A stretch of 63,407 bases of DNA, the filler included. It is 15 parts of 15 records of this genome, joined end to end, with 100 filler letters (N's around TTAATTAATTAA, not from the genome) between each part and the next. Parts side by side here need not be neighbours in the genome. Positions count along the whole stretch, not along the records: positions 24,637 to 28,093 come from SRR7504441_94553; positions 28,194 to 31,235 come from SRR7504441_94716; positions 31,336 to 34,883 come from SRR7504441_95268; positions 34,984 to 39,674 come from SRR7504441_95427; 11 more parts are not named here. One strand, written 5' to 3'. The position numbers were made by a program, and so were the translations under genes. Shown piece after piece: positions 24,953 to 36,253 of the stretch. Under the pieces are notes generated by a model. It was not told the DNA's origin. It did no database searches and saw nothing but the letters and a program-made list of their open reading frames with translations. Numbering within the stretch: position 1 is the first letter of the stretch; the number at the start of each line of letters is the position of its first letter.

Positions 24953-25971
24953 ATGCCTTCCTCCAAGATGAACGCGGTCCGCCCGGGCCGGGTGGCGGCC
25001 AGCTGAGCCGGTCGGCAGCGGATTGCGGCAGCCCAGGCGATCCCGATGCCGGGGATGGTCCGCCCGCCCGCCAACGTCAGCGGCGGGGCCGTGGCGCTCC
25101 CGGGGATGGTGAAAGGCGCCGGCAGACCGTCCGGAGGCGGCAGGCCACCCACCTCCAAGATCATCTTCGACAAGGCGCGGGCCGGGCTGCCGGGTTGGGC
25201 GAGCCAGGCCGGCAGTACGACAAGGACGGGAACGGGGCGATGGACAGTGAGGAATTCAAGTTCATGTGCATGGATCTCGGTGCTGCCGGCCGGCAACCGA
25301 AACCCAACGGAACGGCCAGGGCACCAGCTGAGCGAGGACGAGATGAAGTACGCGCTGCTCAAACTGGACACCACCGGCAGCGGCAAGGTGTCCTACGAGG
25401 ACTTTGTGGAGGTGCAGCGGCCGGCCGGCCGGGTGGAACTTCCGGGGCAGAAATTCTGGAGCGTGGATGACCGTTGGGACGGGCTGCGGCTGGAGGACGA
25501 CGAGCTGATGGAGCTGAGCTGCCTGCTCACCGAGTTCCAGGCGTTCGACGCTGACGACGACGGTGCGGCCGCTGGTGTCGAGTGTGAGCCCGGTGCAGGC
25601 ACTGTTGACAAAGAGGAGTTTACCACCATGTACGACTCTCTCCAAGCCGGCGGGGTGACCAAGGCGGCCGACACCGTGTTTGCCGAGATCGACCGGAACG
25701 GCGACGGCCACATTTGCTTCAACGAGTACGTGGATTGGCTGAAGCGATCTCAGGCGCCCGATCTCGTGCAGGCAGGGCGCGAGCTGGGGCCACAGGTGGA
25801 CCGGATCGCGCTGGCCAGTGCGGCGCACGCGGCGGCCACGGCGCGGCACAATCAGCTCACGGGCACCGGTGGGCTGCAGGCTGTGGGCGTGGGCTGAGTG
25901 GTGGGCCAGGCGTGGAGGTGAATGCGGATGCAGATGACCTGGCCGGGGAGGTGCAACAGGCCAAGCAGTGA
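24953..25971 (+). CDS. Calmodulin-like four-EF-hand protein; multi-intron, 3' end approximate
   Basis: EF loops DKDGNGAMDSEE, DTTGSGKVSYED, DADDDGTVDKEE and DRNGDGHICFNE after splicing. Confidence 0.85.
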
Positions 25972-26314
25972 GCGGCTGTCCGTTAGATGTGCCAGATGGG
26001 CCTGGTGAGCTCTAGATTGTAGGAGGCGAGCGCTAGTTTGTATAAATATGATTTGTCGGAGTTTGTTTGAACAAAAGCTTTGGACACCCATTACATGTAG
26101 CTACAAGAGGGTCGCGCGGGTATCTAGGCGGTGATGACGATACCATTGCATGCGAGGGACGATTCTAGCGCAGGTGCGCACTTTGCCTCCTTTAATTGTT
26201 CAGGTTACTGCGTACGTAGACGAATTAGTAATCACAGAAAGCTCAATCGATGACACAAGTTATCCTCAAAGCTCAGGCCCCGATTCTAAACAACCACGAG
26301 CGCCGGCTGCCGGC

Positions 26315-27507
26315 CTACAGCCTCATCCTTTCGGTGATGTCGTGGAGCCTCATCCCCCGCATCATTGCCACCTGCTCCGGCGACCGGATCTGCTGCAGCG
26401 CCTTCTCCATCGCAGCGCAGATCGACTGCCCCCCGGCTCAGCCCCCGGCCCGCCCGCAGCCCACCCAAGGGTTGGGGGTGCCGTGTGTCTTGATCATTAT
26501 GTCCGTTATTCCGGCCATACGGCAGAGCGCCCCGGCTGTCTTGTTCGCCCTCACGCCATGCCCGGCCGGCGCCGGCATTACAATCACCTGCACGCCATCG
26601 CGCCGGCCCCGCCAGCCCGGCCTGCCTTGGACGCCTGGGTTTTTGCCTCAACCTGCCGCATGCTCAGCACTCACACGGGGAGGCTCACCATGTGCCAAAC
26701 TGTCCGATCCTCGCATCTGTCTACAAACCACATATTCCTGCCCGACCGCTCGCCCCCCACCCCCCGGCCCAGTGCCTGCACGCCCTCCGGAACGCCCTCT
26801 TCCTGGCGTCGAAGTAGGAGGTGCCCTTGGCCGACGCGACCCCTAACAAGCCTTGCCCGTCCCCGACAGCCAACAGAACTGAGAACTTCTCCCGGCGGCC
26901 GCCCTTGGTCACCTGTCCGACGCTCCGGCCAGCCCCCAGCCGGTCCGCACTTTGCTCACGCGCCGCGCCATGATAGCTTCTGACATGATCTGGGCCCCCG
27001 CCACGAGCAACGGGTTCGAAACGTTCGGCGGCAGCTGGCCCCCAGTCTCAGGCCGAGCTGGCCGTCCAGGCGCGCCTCCACGTCAATCAGCAGCTCCTTG
27101 TCCTCGGCCGAGAGCCCCCGGATCAGTTCTGCCGCACGGCCTTAGCCCGGCGGCCAGGCGGCGGTCACCGCTCTTAACGTCAGACCGCTTGATGGCCCCG
27201 GGCTTTAGCGGCTTGCGCTGCAGGGTGAAGTCGCGCTCGACGTCGATGTCGTACGGGATCAGCTCGGGCGGGAAGTTGGGCGAGCGGATCTTCACTCCAT
27301 CGGCCGGGCGGGAAGGGGTCCGCTGCCCGGGGCTCATCGGCGGCCGGGCTAGCCCCGCACGGTGTTGGAAGCCTCTCCCCGGGAGGGCCGGGCCGGGCGG
27401 GCCGGCGGCTTGTTGGCCCCGTCCGAGCAGAGCGGGCGCGATGCCGGCACAGCCCACGCCGCTGGCCACCGGACCGGGCCCGCGGTCCTGGCCAGCGCTC
27501 GCAGCAT
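26315..27507 (-). CDS. MRPS5: Mitochondrial ribosomal protein uS5m; multi-intron
   Basis: VTKGGRREKFSVLLAVGDGQGLLGVASAK, SKVIVMPAPAGHG, AGITDIMIKTHG. Arg/Ala-rich presequence-like start MLRALAR. Confidence 0.88.
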
Positions 27508-28473
27508 CGCTTCCGTTGTGATGAATCGGGCTGCTCCAAGTGAGGACTCGCCGCTAAGAGCTAGCACCAAGTCCTCACCGAGCAAAGTATGCCAGCCTCG
27601 CAAGCGATTCGTGCCTTAATAAGCCAGTCCAACTACGGGCCGGCTCTCAGAGACTTCTCTGACGTCAGCCTGGAGCGGGCCTCTAGGTAGTGGCCGAGGA
27701 TGCGAGGGCTCCACCAGCCGAGATCTCAGCCGGAGCCGGCGGAGCCGGACGCTGACCGCGCGGTGCTTGCCGCGCGGCTCGGTGATCGCGCGGTGCTTGC
27801 CGGCCGAGCAAGTTGTGTGCGTCCCTCGAGGGCATCTCAGCGTGGGCTCGGCACTAAGTACGTATTCAGTAGCTCGGCATGGTGCGTGAGTTTTGATTGA
27901 GGTTAGTCTCTAAGTTTAAGATCAGCTTTATGCATAAGAGTATGAACCCCTTCTTTGTGGAAAGTCACGCTCGGTGTATAGGAGATTGCCTTGGTCATCC
28001 TTTTGTGATAGTAACCATTTCCTGTAGAGGTGTTGAACCTCTTGTGGGACACCTTGTTTCTCGCAGAATTTAGTCCATTTGAGTCTGTCACTGNNNNNNN
28101 NNNNNNNNNNNNNNNNNNNNNNNNNNNNNNNNNNNNNTTAATTAATTAANNNNNNNNNNNNNNNNNNNNNNNNNNNNNNNNNNNNNNNNNNNNACGGACA
28201 CTCCCCTTAGAATCGAGGGGAGCAGGCCTTACGAAGCATTTCATTATTTAGGGTAGGGAGCGGCCCTGGATGTTTATTTAATTGACCCTATCCATTTAGC
28301 CCCCCCCCCAGTACCCACTGGCAGTTCACTGGTACAGTACGATTGGTACTTGAAATATACTTGAAATACAAGTATATACTAAGTATATACAACTGTTACA
28401 TGTACATGTTACAGTATAGTCTATAGTTACAGTATAGATCTAGCGATAAGAGTTGTCGTACACACCAGCCCAG

Positions 28474-31070
28474 ATGATCTGTGCGGGTGGGTGCTCTCTT
28501 GAGCTGTCCCCGGCGGACCCGAGCTCCCCGCTGCATCAACAGCTACCTCCAGTGGCCTACACCCCCAACAGACCAGCCAGTACGCTCACCCGCTCGCCCT
28601 CCCGTCTGCCTGAGCAGGCTCCACCCCCCACAGCGCCTGGCCCACAGTGCGGTGTCCAGGTTATCTGCAGGCGGGGCTGGGCCCCGGGCGCGAGCGTCAC
28701 GGTCCCAGTCGGCCCGGGTGATACATTCACTGACCTGATTGGGGGGCTCATCGCACAAGGAGACGGGCAGGCTGGTGTGCGGGCAGCGGTGGCGTACCAA
28801 ATATTCGAATGGAGCAAGGCTCCAAGCCCAGCACCGCTCGTGGCGCTGATGGCGGGGCAGGAGGATGATGGGCCAGATGACTTTCCGATTGCGCACAGCA
28901 AGCCGGTCCGGCCGTGGCTGGCGCGCCGTGCAGGAGATTTTTGGATCAAATGCCGGCGGGAGGCTTCGGCGAAGGATGCGTTAGTGAGTCAAGGCGGACC
29001 GGCAGTGATCACACCGGTGGAGCGTGAGCTAGCCCGTCGGGTGGGTGAAATCCGGCTGGGGCTCTCGCTAGGCCAACCCATGCCTGGGTGCTCTGTGGTG
29101 ACCAATATGTGTACCGAGAGTGTGGAGAGAGAAAGGGCATGGAGCCTGCACCTGGGGGTGGGAGACCGGGTGCTTCAGCCCGTGGAGCCCGTCACAACCG
29201 ACGGAGTATCGCTCCAGCAGATCTCACCGGAGCTCGTCCAGGTCTCATAGTTTGCAGTTGGTGTTTGATCGCTTGGCAGGTAGCCATGGCGGAACAGCAT
29301 AGGGAAATGGGTCTCGACACACTCATGGTGCCCTTCACATGGCAGGGATTGAGCTCCTACAGGTGAGGCTACCGTGCGCAGTCGGTGACGAGGAGTGTTG
29401 GTGCTCTGAGCACCACAAGACAGAGCTCAAGGGCCTACCTGTGGGTTGCCCATTTGAATTGTCCTTGACTTGTCTGGCATTAGGTGCTGGGCTCGCGCGA
29501 CTGTCTAATTCGGACCATCATCCAAGACGTAGCAAAGTACCTCATGCTGGACCCGTTGGACTGCGGACTTAGATTCGCTGGCGTGGGCATGTGTAACGAC
29601 TTGCGATTAGACAGAACGCTTGCATCATTTGGGCGGGAGACTGCCGGTTTAGAGCTGCAGCTCGTGGTGAGCCAGCAGGCAGCCCTCCCGTGTGGCTAGC
29701 TATGAGCCCTGTGGGGCAGAAATGGGAAAGAGCTGCCGGTGTGAGGGTGTCAGTCCTGACTGCTCGGCTTACCGGCGGATGCAGGCAGCAGCAGCGCACA
29801 GTCTGCCGGGCTCCTTCTCAGAGGCCAGTCCGTCATCTTCCCAGTTCCGGCCGAGGTCTTTTTCCGAATCCCAGGTGTGTGCACTAGGCACCATCTGGGC
29901 TGTGCGAATGGACCCGGGCTGCCACTGGGCTGGTGGATGGCTGTGCGGCTGATCAAGGCCCTGATCACAGGTTCAGGAGCCCAAGGACTACTGGGTGTCG
30001 CTGTGCACAGACAGCGCCGAGCTGATGCAGCTATCGATCAGCGCGCATCAACTCACTGGAAGAGTGGTGCATGCATGCGCAGCCGGATGTGACTGCGGTC
30101 AGGTCTCCTCTCGGAGCAGCAGGCCGGAACAGGCCCTTGGCATATGTATGCTCGTGCTAAATTGCAGGCCGCAGGTTAGCAGTGCGACGAATTCAAACCT
30201 CCCTCACGCCCCGATGCTGGCCACCGCCCTGGATGTACGTGACGACGAGCGCAACTTCAGCAGGTGAGTAGCTTCAGCTCAGCCCGAGCTAGAGCTTGGT
30301 GTGCAGACTCATTTCGGATCTACGCACGGTGCACCCGATTGGCGGCGGCGACGAGCGAAAGTGGCCAGTATTAGCCTAATTGCGTACAAATCTGGACACA
30401 GGTTCATGCTTGTGTTTCGTAACGAAAGGCGGTGCAAGCACACGGTCAGCTGGGCGGGAGCAGGCAGCAGGCAAGGCCTTGGCAGGGTTTTCTGGCGGCG
30501 AGCCATCTGGACCGGGACGAGATCGTGTGGAAATTAATCCAGCTTCAGGGACAGGGGATCCACATGGAGTGGCCGTGTGTCAAGACAAACCGCCGTGGTC
30601 TAAGAAGCTCAGACCTGTGCTAAGTGTGGAGCAGGTCGGCGGCAGCAGCGAGTGCTTGGGGTGGATTCGAGCCACATTTATAACTATAAAGACCCGGAGC
30701 ATAGGACTGTGCTTGGGTTGTTTGGACTCAAGCGGTGCCACACTTTGCGCATGGCTGGGCTCACCAACAGACAGGCAAGTGGAGCGGCAGAGCTGGCCGT
30801 TGCTGGCGGTACAGGCCGTGGCTGTCGAAGCAGCTAATCCAGTGAGTCTGGGTTGGGTTGGGTGCTGAGCTTGGTCTCGACAAGGCAATGCTGGCCATCC
30901 ATTTCACGCCGGGTCTGGAGGGAGAGAATCCACTCCGGTGAACTTGGCGTGGGCCAAGTGCGGGCTAGCCCGGCACAGATACGAGGCAGCGGACACTGAG
31001 CAGTGTGAGGAGATTGTAGTCTGGGTCAACAAGGTGCCTGCCGTGGGAGTTGATTCATACTGTGAGTGAG
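28474..31070 (+). CDS. Hypothetical multi-exon protein, possibly with ubiquitin-like segments; 3' end approximate
   Basis: Successive open exons flanked by GT..AG. Weak Ubl-like text RTIIQDVAKYLMLDPLDCGLRFAG...DRTLASFG. Confidence 0.4.
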
Positions 31071-31550
31071 CCTGTACAGGCGTTGGATTGCTCCAAGATG
31101 CAGCATAAGTTGGCCTCACCCAAGATGCAACATAAGTTGGAATTTCAGCCAGCTCTTTTTATTTCTTAAGTAATAAAGCTGGGTTTCTTTTTATTTTGCA
31201 CCTTGCTTCGTTCGTTATATAAATCTATTCTTACTNNNNNNNNNNNNNNNNNNNNNNNNNNNNNNNNNNNNNNNNNNNNTTAATTAATTAANNNNNNNNN
31301 NNNNNNNNNNNNNNNNNNNNNNNNNNNNNNNNNNNGAGAGTTTATTTGATTCGTGCGGTGCACGTGCGTTCTCTCGTGCGGCAACGAACGAGCCCACGCC
31401 GGACCGTGTTTTTGAGTCTCAATCCCCTCTCATCTCCAATCGCCATTGCAAGCCGCTCCGTCGGGCGGGTTGAGTGAGCACGAGCGGGACAAGCGCCGAG
31501 TGGACCGGGGCGAGAGTAGGGCGTTCCAAGACGGTCAGCTTGCGATCAAC

Positions 31551-32477
31551 ATGACCACCAGCTTCATCCAGACCAACAACCCCTCCATGAACCCGCTTCC
31601 GGGCAGCCAAATCCCAGGGATGGGGTTCAGCTTCCCCCACATCCAGACCCAAAACCCCCAAAACTTCAACAACATCCCGACCGGGTTTCAGCACATCCCG
31701 GCTTGGCCGATGCCCCAGCAAGTGGTCCCGTGGGTCCAAGTGACCCCGCTCACCGGGCCTAACCTGTCTACCCTTCCAAACCCGTTTGCGGGACAAGCCC
31801 TCGCCAACCTGGAAGGGGACGCGAGCAAGGGCTATGGCCGGCGGGAGCGCGACCGCGAGATGCGCCGCCGACTCCGGGAAGAGGCCCCCGAGACCTACGC
31901 CGATCGGTTGGCTCAACGTCGCGAGCGGGAGAGGGAGGCTCGCCGGAAGGAGCGCGAGGACAAGGCCTCGACCCGGGAGGAGCGCCTGGCTCGCCGGCGG
32001 GTGCGCGAGAGGCAGGCCCGGGCCCGGGAAACCCCGGAGGCGCGGGCGGATCGGCTTACCAAGCGTCGCTCGGCAGAGTGGCAGAGGTTCATCAACCGGA
32101 TGACTCTGCTTCCAGAGGAGGAACGCGAGCAGGCGCTCAAATCGATGAAGATGGATGCCGAGACGGCTCGGAAGGAGATTGCGGCCTCGCCGGGAGTCGC
32201 GATGACTTCGGAGGTGCGCAAAATCATAGGTGGAGAGAACAATTGGCCGCCCAACTTGCCGGGCTTGATTCCGGGCAAGACCAAAGAGCCGCAGACTCTG
32301 TTCTCTGAGACTCTTTATCCTCCGTCCAAGAAGCTCAAGACCATGCAGGCGATGGCTGCTTCATCGGATGACCCGCCCGAGTCGGCAGTGGAGGACTTGG
32401 CAGGCGTACTCTGCCAGATGCAAAAGAACGCCCAATTGAAAGAAGAGAGCAACGGAGATTCCGGGCAGACCGAGTAA
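31551..32477 (+). CDS. STPR-like repeat (ETPE..A.RL) putative DNA-binding protein
   Basis: Three repeats EAPETYADRLAQRRER / ASTREERLARRR / ETPEARADRLTKRR, with a P/Q/N-rich N-terminus. Confidence 0.55.
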   Translation: MTTSFIQTNNPSMNPLPGSQIPGMGFSFPHIQTQNPQNFNNIPTGFQHIPAWPMPQQVVPWVQVTPLTGPNLSTLPNPFAGQALANLEGDASKGYGRRERDREMRRRLREEAPETYADRLAQRREREREARRKEREDKASTREERLARRRVRERQARARETPEARADRLTKRRSAEWQRFINRMTLLPEEEREQALKSMKMDAETARKEIAASPGVAMTSEVRKIIGGENNWPPNLPGLIPGKTKEPQTLFSETLYPPSKKLKTMQAMAASSDDPPESAVEDLAGVLCQMQKNAQLKEESNGDSGQTE

Positions 32478-32706
32478 GCGGTGTCCGAGGGAGCTTGTAC
32501 ATTAGCCAGGCTCAAGCCCATATTGCGCCGGATCGACCATCCCCGGCTGGAGAGATTTCAAGCCAAAAGAGGACACGTGGATGCACCGGTGATCGATCAA
32601 TAATCAGACATACATCATGTGTGAATAGCATTTAGGCAACGAGTACTTTAATACAATAAATTTACGTAAGTTTTACAGCATTTGTGCCTACACTGTGACA
32701 CCTTGC

Positions 32707-34803
32707 CTAGGAGGACTTGGCAGTCACCGTAAAATTATCAAAGTACGCGAGATGCCATCCGCTGCCTATGCCCACCATTCCGTGCGTGAATCTGCTCGTT
32801 TCGTCCACATAGCTGCCAACTAGCGTCCCGTCCACGGTGCCGGTCAGCACATTCCCGGCCACCTCCAGCTGCACAGTATGCCAGTTACCGACAAACGGAG
32901 CACTTGAGGTGGGCATGTCTCCAGAGATTGCGACTTGTATGGCTTCGCTCCAGCCCTGGCCTCGTTTGCCGCCCTGTGTGAGGAACCACTTGCCATTGGC
33001 GTCGATGATCAGGCAATAGCCCTGAGGCGGCTCGCCGTCCGGCCTAAAGCCCGAAATCCGGGCGCAGACTCTTGCAAACGAGCTGGAGATGTTAGACCCA
33101 GGTGAGGCAGCACCCGGGGCGAGCACCAGCACAGCCGACGAGACGGTGGTGTTGGTCCAGTTTTGCGAGTTGCCCAGCAGCGAGTATGGCTGGGAGTTGC
33201 CCCACCACCGGCCATCGATCGGGTGCTGGGGCACCGCCTGCTCAAGCACCATGCCCGGCTCACCTGTGGGCGACTTTGCTGCATTGAAACTGCCAGCCTC
33301 GTCAGCAAAGTACTTGACTGTCTGCTGATCTGTGTAAGAGTCGAAATTGTCAGACCACTGGTCGGGGAAGCTCTTGGACGGAGGGATGCTTAGGTCTGGC
33401 AGTGCGGCTCCTCTTTGCGTGTCCGCTGAGACTAGCGTGTAGACACAACCGGGAAGGAAACTCACAGTGACAGCTGATGGTGAGCCGACGACGACCACGT
33501 CCGGCAGTTGAGTGAAGAGCCCGCCCTCGCATGTACGGAACTGGCGCAGGGCATGCGGCACAAACGGTGGCTCGAGTCCTTCAAATGTTAAAACAGTCTG
33601 GTTTAGAGGTTGACTCAGTTCGGAGGTCTCCACCACTAGTGCAATCCAGCTCTCAGCTGCCTTCTGGCACCGGTAGGCGACGATACTCGACTTGTTTGCG
33701 GGGTCAAGCCAGCCTCCCCCGGCCACAGCGGCGTTCTCGATATATCTACAGCCCGGCTCAACAAACTGTGTGGTGTGCATCATCGCATACAGCGGTGGGT
33801 CAATGCTGTAATGCCCGCTCCAAGGCTCTCCGGCGCTGATCAGCCCATGGCCTAGCCCCGCCACGCTGCCTGCAACCGGCCGCGCGAAAGGCAGGATCGA
33901 ATACCATGCATAAACCAGATTCCAGACTACCATCGCGGTCTGGTTCTGAAGGACATAGTTCCGATTGATTGTCGAAGCTAGATTGAGCGCTCCTTCCCAA
34001 TCGTTCACGTAAGCCAGGTTCCAGCCTTCAGAGGTCCAGAGCGACTTGCCATACTGCTCATTGAGCGCTTGACAGCTCGCCGGCGCGGGTCCGGCCTGCG
34101 GAAACTTCCGGCCTTGGCCGGTCCACGCGCCGTGGACCGGGTAGTGACTGCCTAGCACGTCCACAGCAGCCCTAACTGTCACATTCTGCATCATCGCATC
34201 ACATATCGGCCAGCCGCCCTCATCGGTTGCCACGATCCGCACAGCGCCAAACCCAGCGCTGTCCATGGCCCGCCTGAGCTGTACGATCCAATCGGTGCTG
34301 GCACTGTGCTCGTTCCAGACGCCCATCATGTCCATATCCAGCCCGTGAACCCTCTGCGCGCCCTGCAGCCACTTGATGTGGTAATCGATATTGTCCTCGG
34401 AAAAATAGGACCCACCACCCACCCAGCCGGGCGCCCCCCAGCTCAGCGCAGACAGCTTGATATCGGGGTTGCGCTTCTTCGCCTCTTTCATAAGCCACCA
34501 CTCGTACCCTCGCTCGAAGTTCAGGTCGTCCCGGGTATGCATGTGGGAAGGCTCGGTCGCCTCGGTGGACTGGGCGTCCCCTCCGATCTCTACCTTGAGC
34601 AGCTGCAGCCGTCCGCTCACGAACAGCGCATCGAGCACTTGAGCCCGCTGGGGTTCTGGGTAGTCGTAAAGCAGTCTGGAGGTGCCTCCGCCGCCTGACA
34701 GCGCCCCCAGTCCCTCGAACTGGCGGCCCAGCTGCGCGAAGTCGATCCGAACCGCCAGTGCGACCCCGCAGCTGAGCAGCAGCCCCGCCAGCCTGTTCAT
34801 TGG
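32707..34803 (-). CDS. GALC: Galactosylceramidase-like glycoside hydrolase family 59, secreted, intronless
   Basis: GLGALSGGGGTSRLLYDYPEP, LKVEIGGDAQST, RGYEWWLMKEAKKRNP, GVWNE, LWTSE; N-terminal signal peptide. Confidence 0.95.
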   Translation of the reverse strand, partial: PMNRLAGLLLSCGVALAVRIDFAQLGRQFEGLGALSGGGGTSRLLYDYPEPQRAQVLDALFVSGRLQLLKVEIGGDAQSTEATEPSHMHTRDDLNFERGYEWWLMKEAKKRNPDIKLSALSWGAPGWVGGGSYFSEDNIDYHIKWLQGAQRVHGLDMDMMGVWNEHSASTDWIVQLRRAMDSAGFGAVRIVATDEGGWPICDAMMQNVTVRAAVDVLGSHYPVHGAWTGQGRKFPQAGPAPASCQALNEQYGKSLWTSEGWNLAYVNDWEGALNLASTINRNYVLQNQTAMVVWNLVYAWYSILPFARPVAGSVAGLGHGLISAGEPWSGHYSIDPPLYAMMHTTQFVEPGCRYIENAAVAGGGWLDPANKSSIVAYRCQKAAESWIALVVETSELSQPLNQTVLTFEGLEPPFVPHALRQFRTCEGGLFTQLPDVVVVGSPSAVTVSFLPGCVYTLVSADTQRGAALPDLSIPPSKSFPDQWSDNFDSYTDQQTVKYFADEAGSFNAAKSPTGEPGMVLEQAVPQHPIDGRWWGNSQPYSLLGNSQNWTNTTVSSAVLVLAPGAASPGSNISSSFARVCARISGFRPDGEPPQGYCLIIDANGKWFLTQGGKRGQGWSEAIQVAISGDMPTSSAPFVGNWHTVQLEVAGNVLTGTVDGTLVGSYVDETSRFTHGMVGIGSGWHLAYFDNFTVTAKSS

Positions 34804-34983
34804 CAGCATGAAAGTCCGTTGGTGGCTGTCCGCGGGCTGGATGGAGAGCGAAGGACTGGCGCGGGCCGGGCAGCCGCTGCTGGNNNNNNNNNNNNNNNNN
34901 NNNNNNNNNNNNNNNNNNNNNNNNNNNTTAATTAATTAANNNNNNNNNNNNNNNNNNNNNNNNNNNNNNNNNNNNNNNNNNNN

Positions 34984-35013
34984 CCAGTCGGACGGGCGGC
35001 CCCGAACGACGAG
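34984..35013 (+). repeat. 30-nt sequence CCAGTCGGACGGGCGGCCCCGAACGACGAG, identical to the reverse complement of 43126-43155
   Basis: Exact match at two different contig termini. Confidence 0.95.
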
Positions 35014-35340
35014 TCGGTCCCCATTGCGCTCGACAGCAACCCGCACGTCACCGATGGCACCCACGGCGCGCCGCCCCGAGCGCCGGCGGCTTGAGGCTTG
35101 GGCACAGATTTTGCGCAGCTTCTTCGGTGGATCTCGAGCAGCGTGCAGGCGGGACAGAGCCGGCAGGCTCGGTGCGGCCGGCCAGGTTGCCGTGCTGACC
35201 GGGGCGGGGCCAGCATGGAAAAGGAGACCACTCTTGGCGAGGCCCAGGGTGATGGCGGCAAGAGCTTTCACGAACAGGCCGAGCTGATGAAACAGGAGCT
35301 GAGCAAGCAGCAAGCCGAGGCCGATAAGGCCAGCAGCTGA
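34984..35340 (+). CDS. Hypothetical protein 3' fragment beginning with the shared PVGRAAPNDE 30-mer
   Basis: Open from the contig start. A probable GC-AG intron joins it to the ORF ending at 35340. Confidence 0.45.
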
Positions 35341-35619
35341 TCCTTCCGTAAGGTCTCGATCTGCGCCGGTTCCAAGTGGAGGAGCCAAACATGTACAATG
35401 TGAAGCCCACATAAAATGCTAGCAATAGCTAGCAGGATCTACGCGGAATATACACGGAAGGTGGGATAAATTGTATCATATCACGCTCTTGTAGATGGCC
35501 ACGAGGTCGCCGCATTCGTTGGTACGACGCGCACAACAGACCAATATACTCGTACGCATGTAGTGTTCGATCTTGACGTGTGCGACGTCAAATCGACCGC
35601 GATGAGTTATTCGGTTTAC

Positions 35620-36240
35620 TCAGCTCTCTTGCCCCATGGCATGCAGCTCCGTGTACATTCTCGCCACGGTATTAAACCCCAGTATGTCTCCGCTGCGCAC
35701 CAGATTGCCTGCAGGCCGGTCAGGCCGCCAGCTCGAACGGGGGCGTACCCGCGTCGCAGTTGAGCGGACTACTCGCCTCGGCGTTGCCCAGCAGCGTGAT
35801 GATCGCCCTACCCAGGCTCAGCCCGGCGCCTCGCACGCCACCCGCCTGCACACAGTGGACAGGGTCCAGCCTGGCGTCCAGTCGGTCTTCAGTATGTCCA
35901 GGCAGATTTCCCCAGTCTGCCCGGCGCTCGCCCACCGCGGCGGCCCGAGCGGGCAGACCCGGAAGTGGAAGTTCGGGTGGAATATCTTGGTCACGGCCTT
36001 GACGCTCGGGGCCACGTGCGGGTACTGGGGCGGCACCTCGATCCTGAGCTGGAACCGGCCGCCGTGGTACGGCGTGTCGGGCGGCCCACTGATGATCGCG
36101 GTCCACCTGTCGGTTGTGAGCTGGACCCGGCCAGAGGCCGACTTGTACAGAGAGCCCTCGTCCACGATCAGGGTAATCTCGTCGTCCTGCTCCTGGCTGA
36201 TCTGCGACAGCTCCCTCGACAGCCGCTTGCTCGCAGCCAT
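35620..36240 (-). CDS. PEX4: Ubiquitin-conjugating enzyme E2, peroxin-4 type; 4 introns
   Basis: GPPDTPYHGG, KIFHPNFHFR|TGEICLDILK, and C-terminal SSPLNCDAG|NLVRSGDILGFNTVARMYT characteristic of plant-type PEX4. Confidence 0.88.
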
Positions 36241-36253
36241 CGCAGGATTGCAG

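Noticed and set aside
27903-28093. 62-aa minus-strand ORF at a contig end
   Set aside because: It could be a gene 3' end, but it has no recognisable motif.
28340-28445. AT-rich short palindromes and direct repeats as a possible MITE (also 31093-31140 and 41002-41041)
   Set aside because: No terminal inverted repeats or target-site duplication; they look like low-complexity intergenic slippage.
35636-36253. 496-aa plus-strand ORF overlapping PEX4 antisense
   Set aside because: The N-terminal part is the stop-free shadow of a GC-rich gene; similarity to the PGAM fold begins only after 36254.
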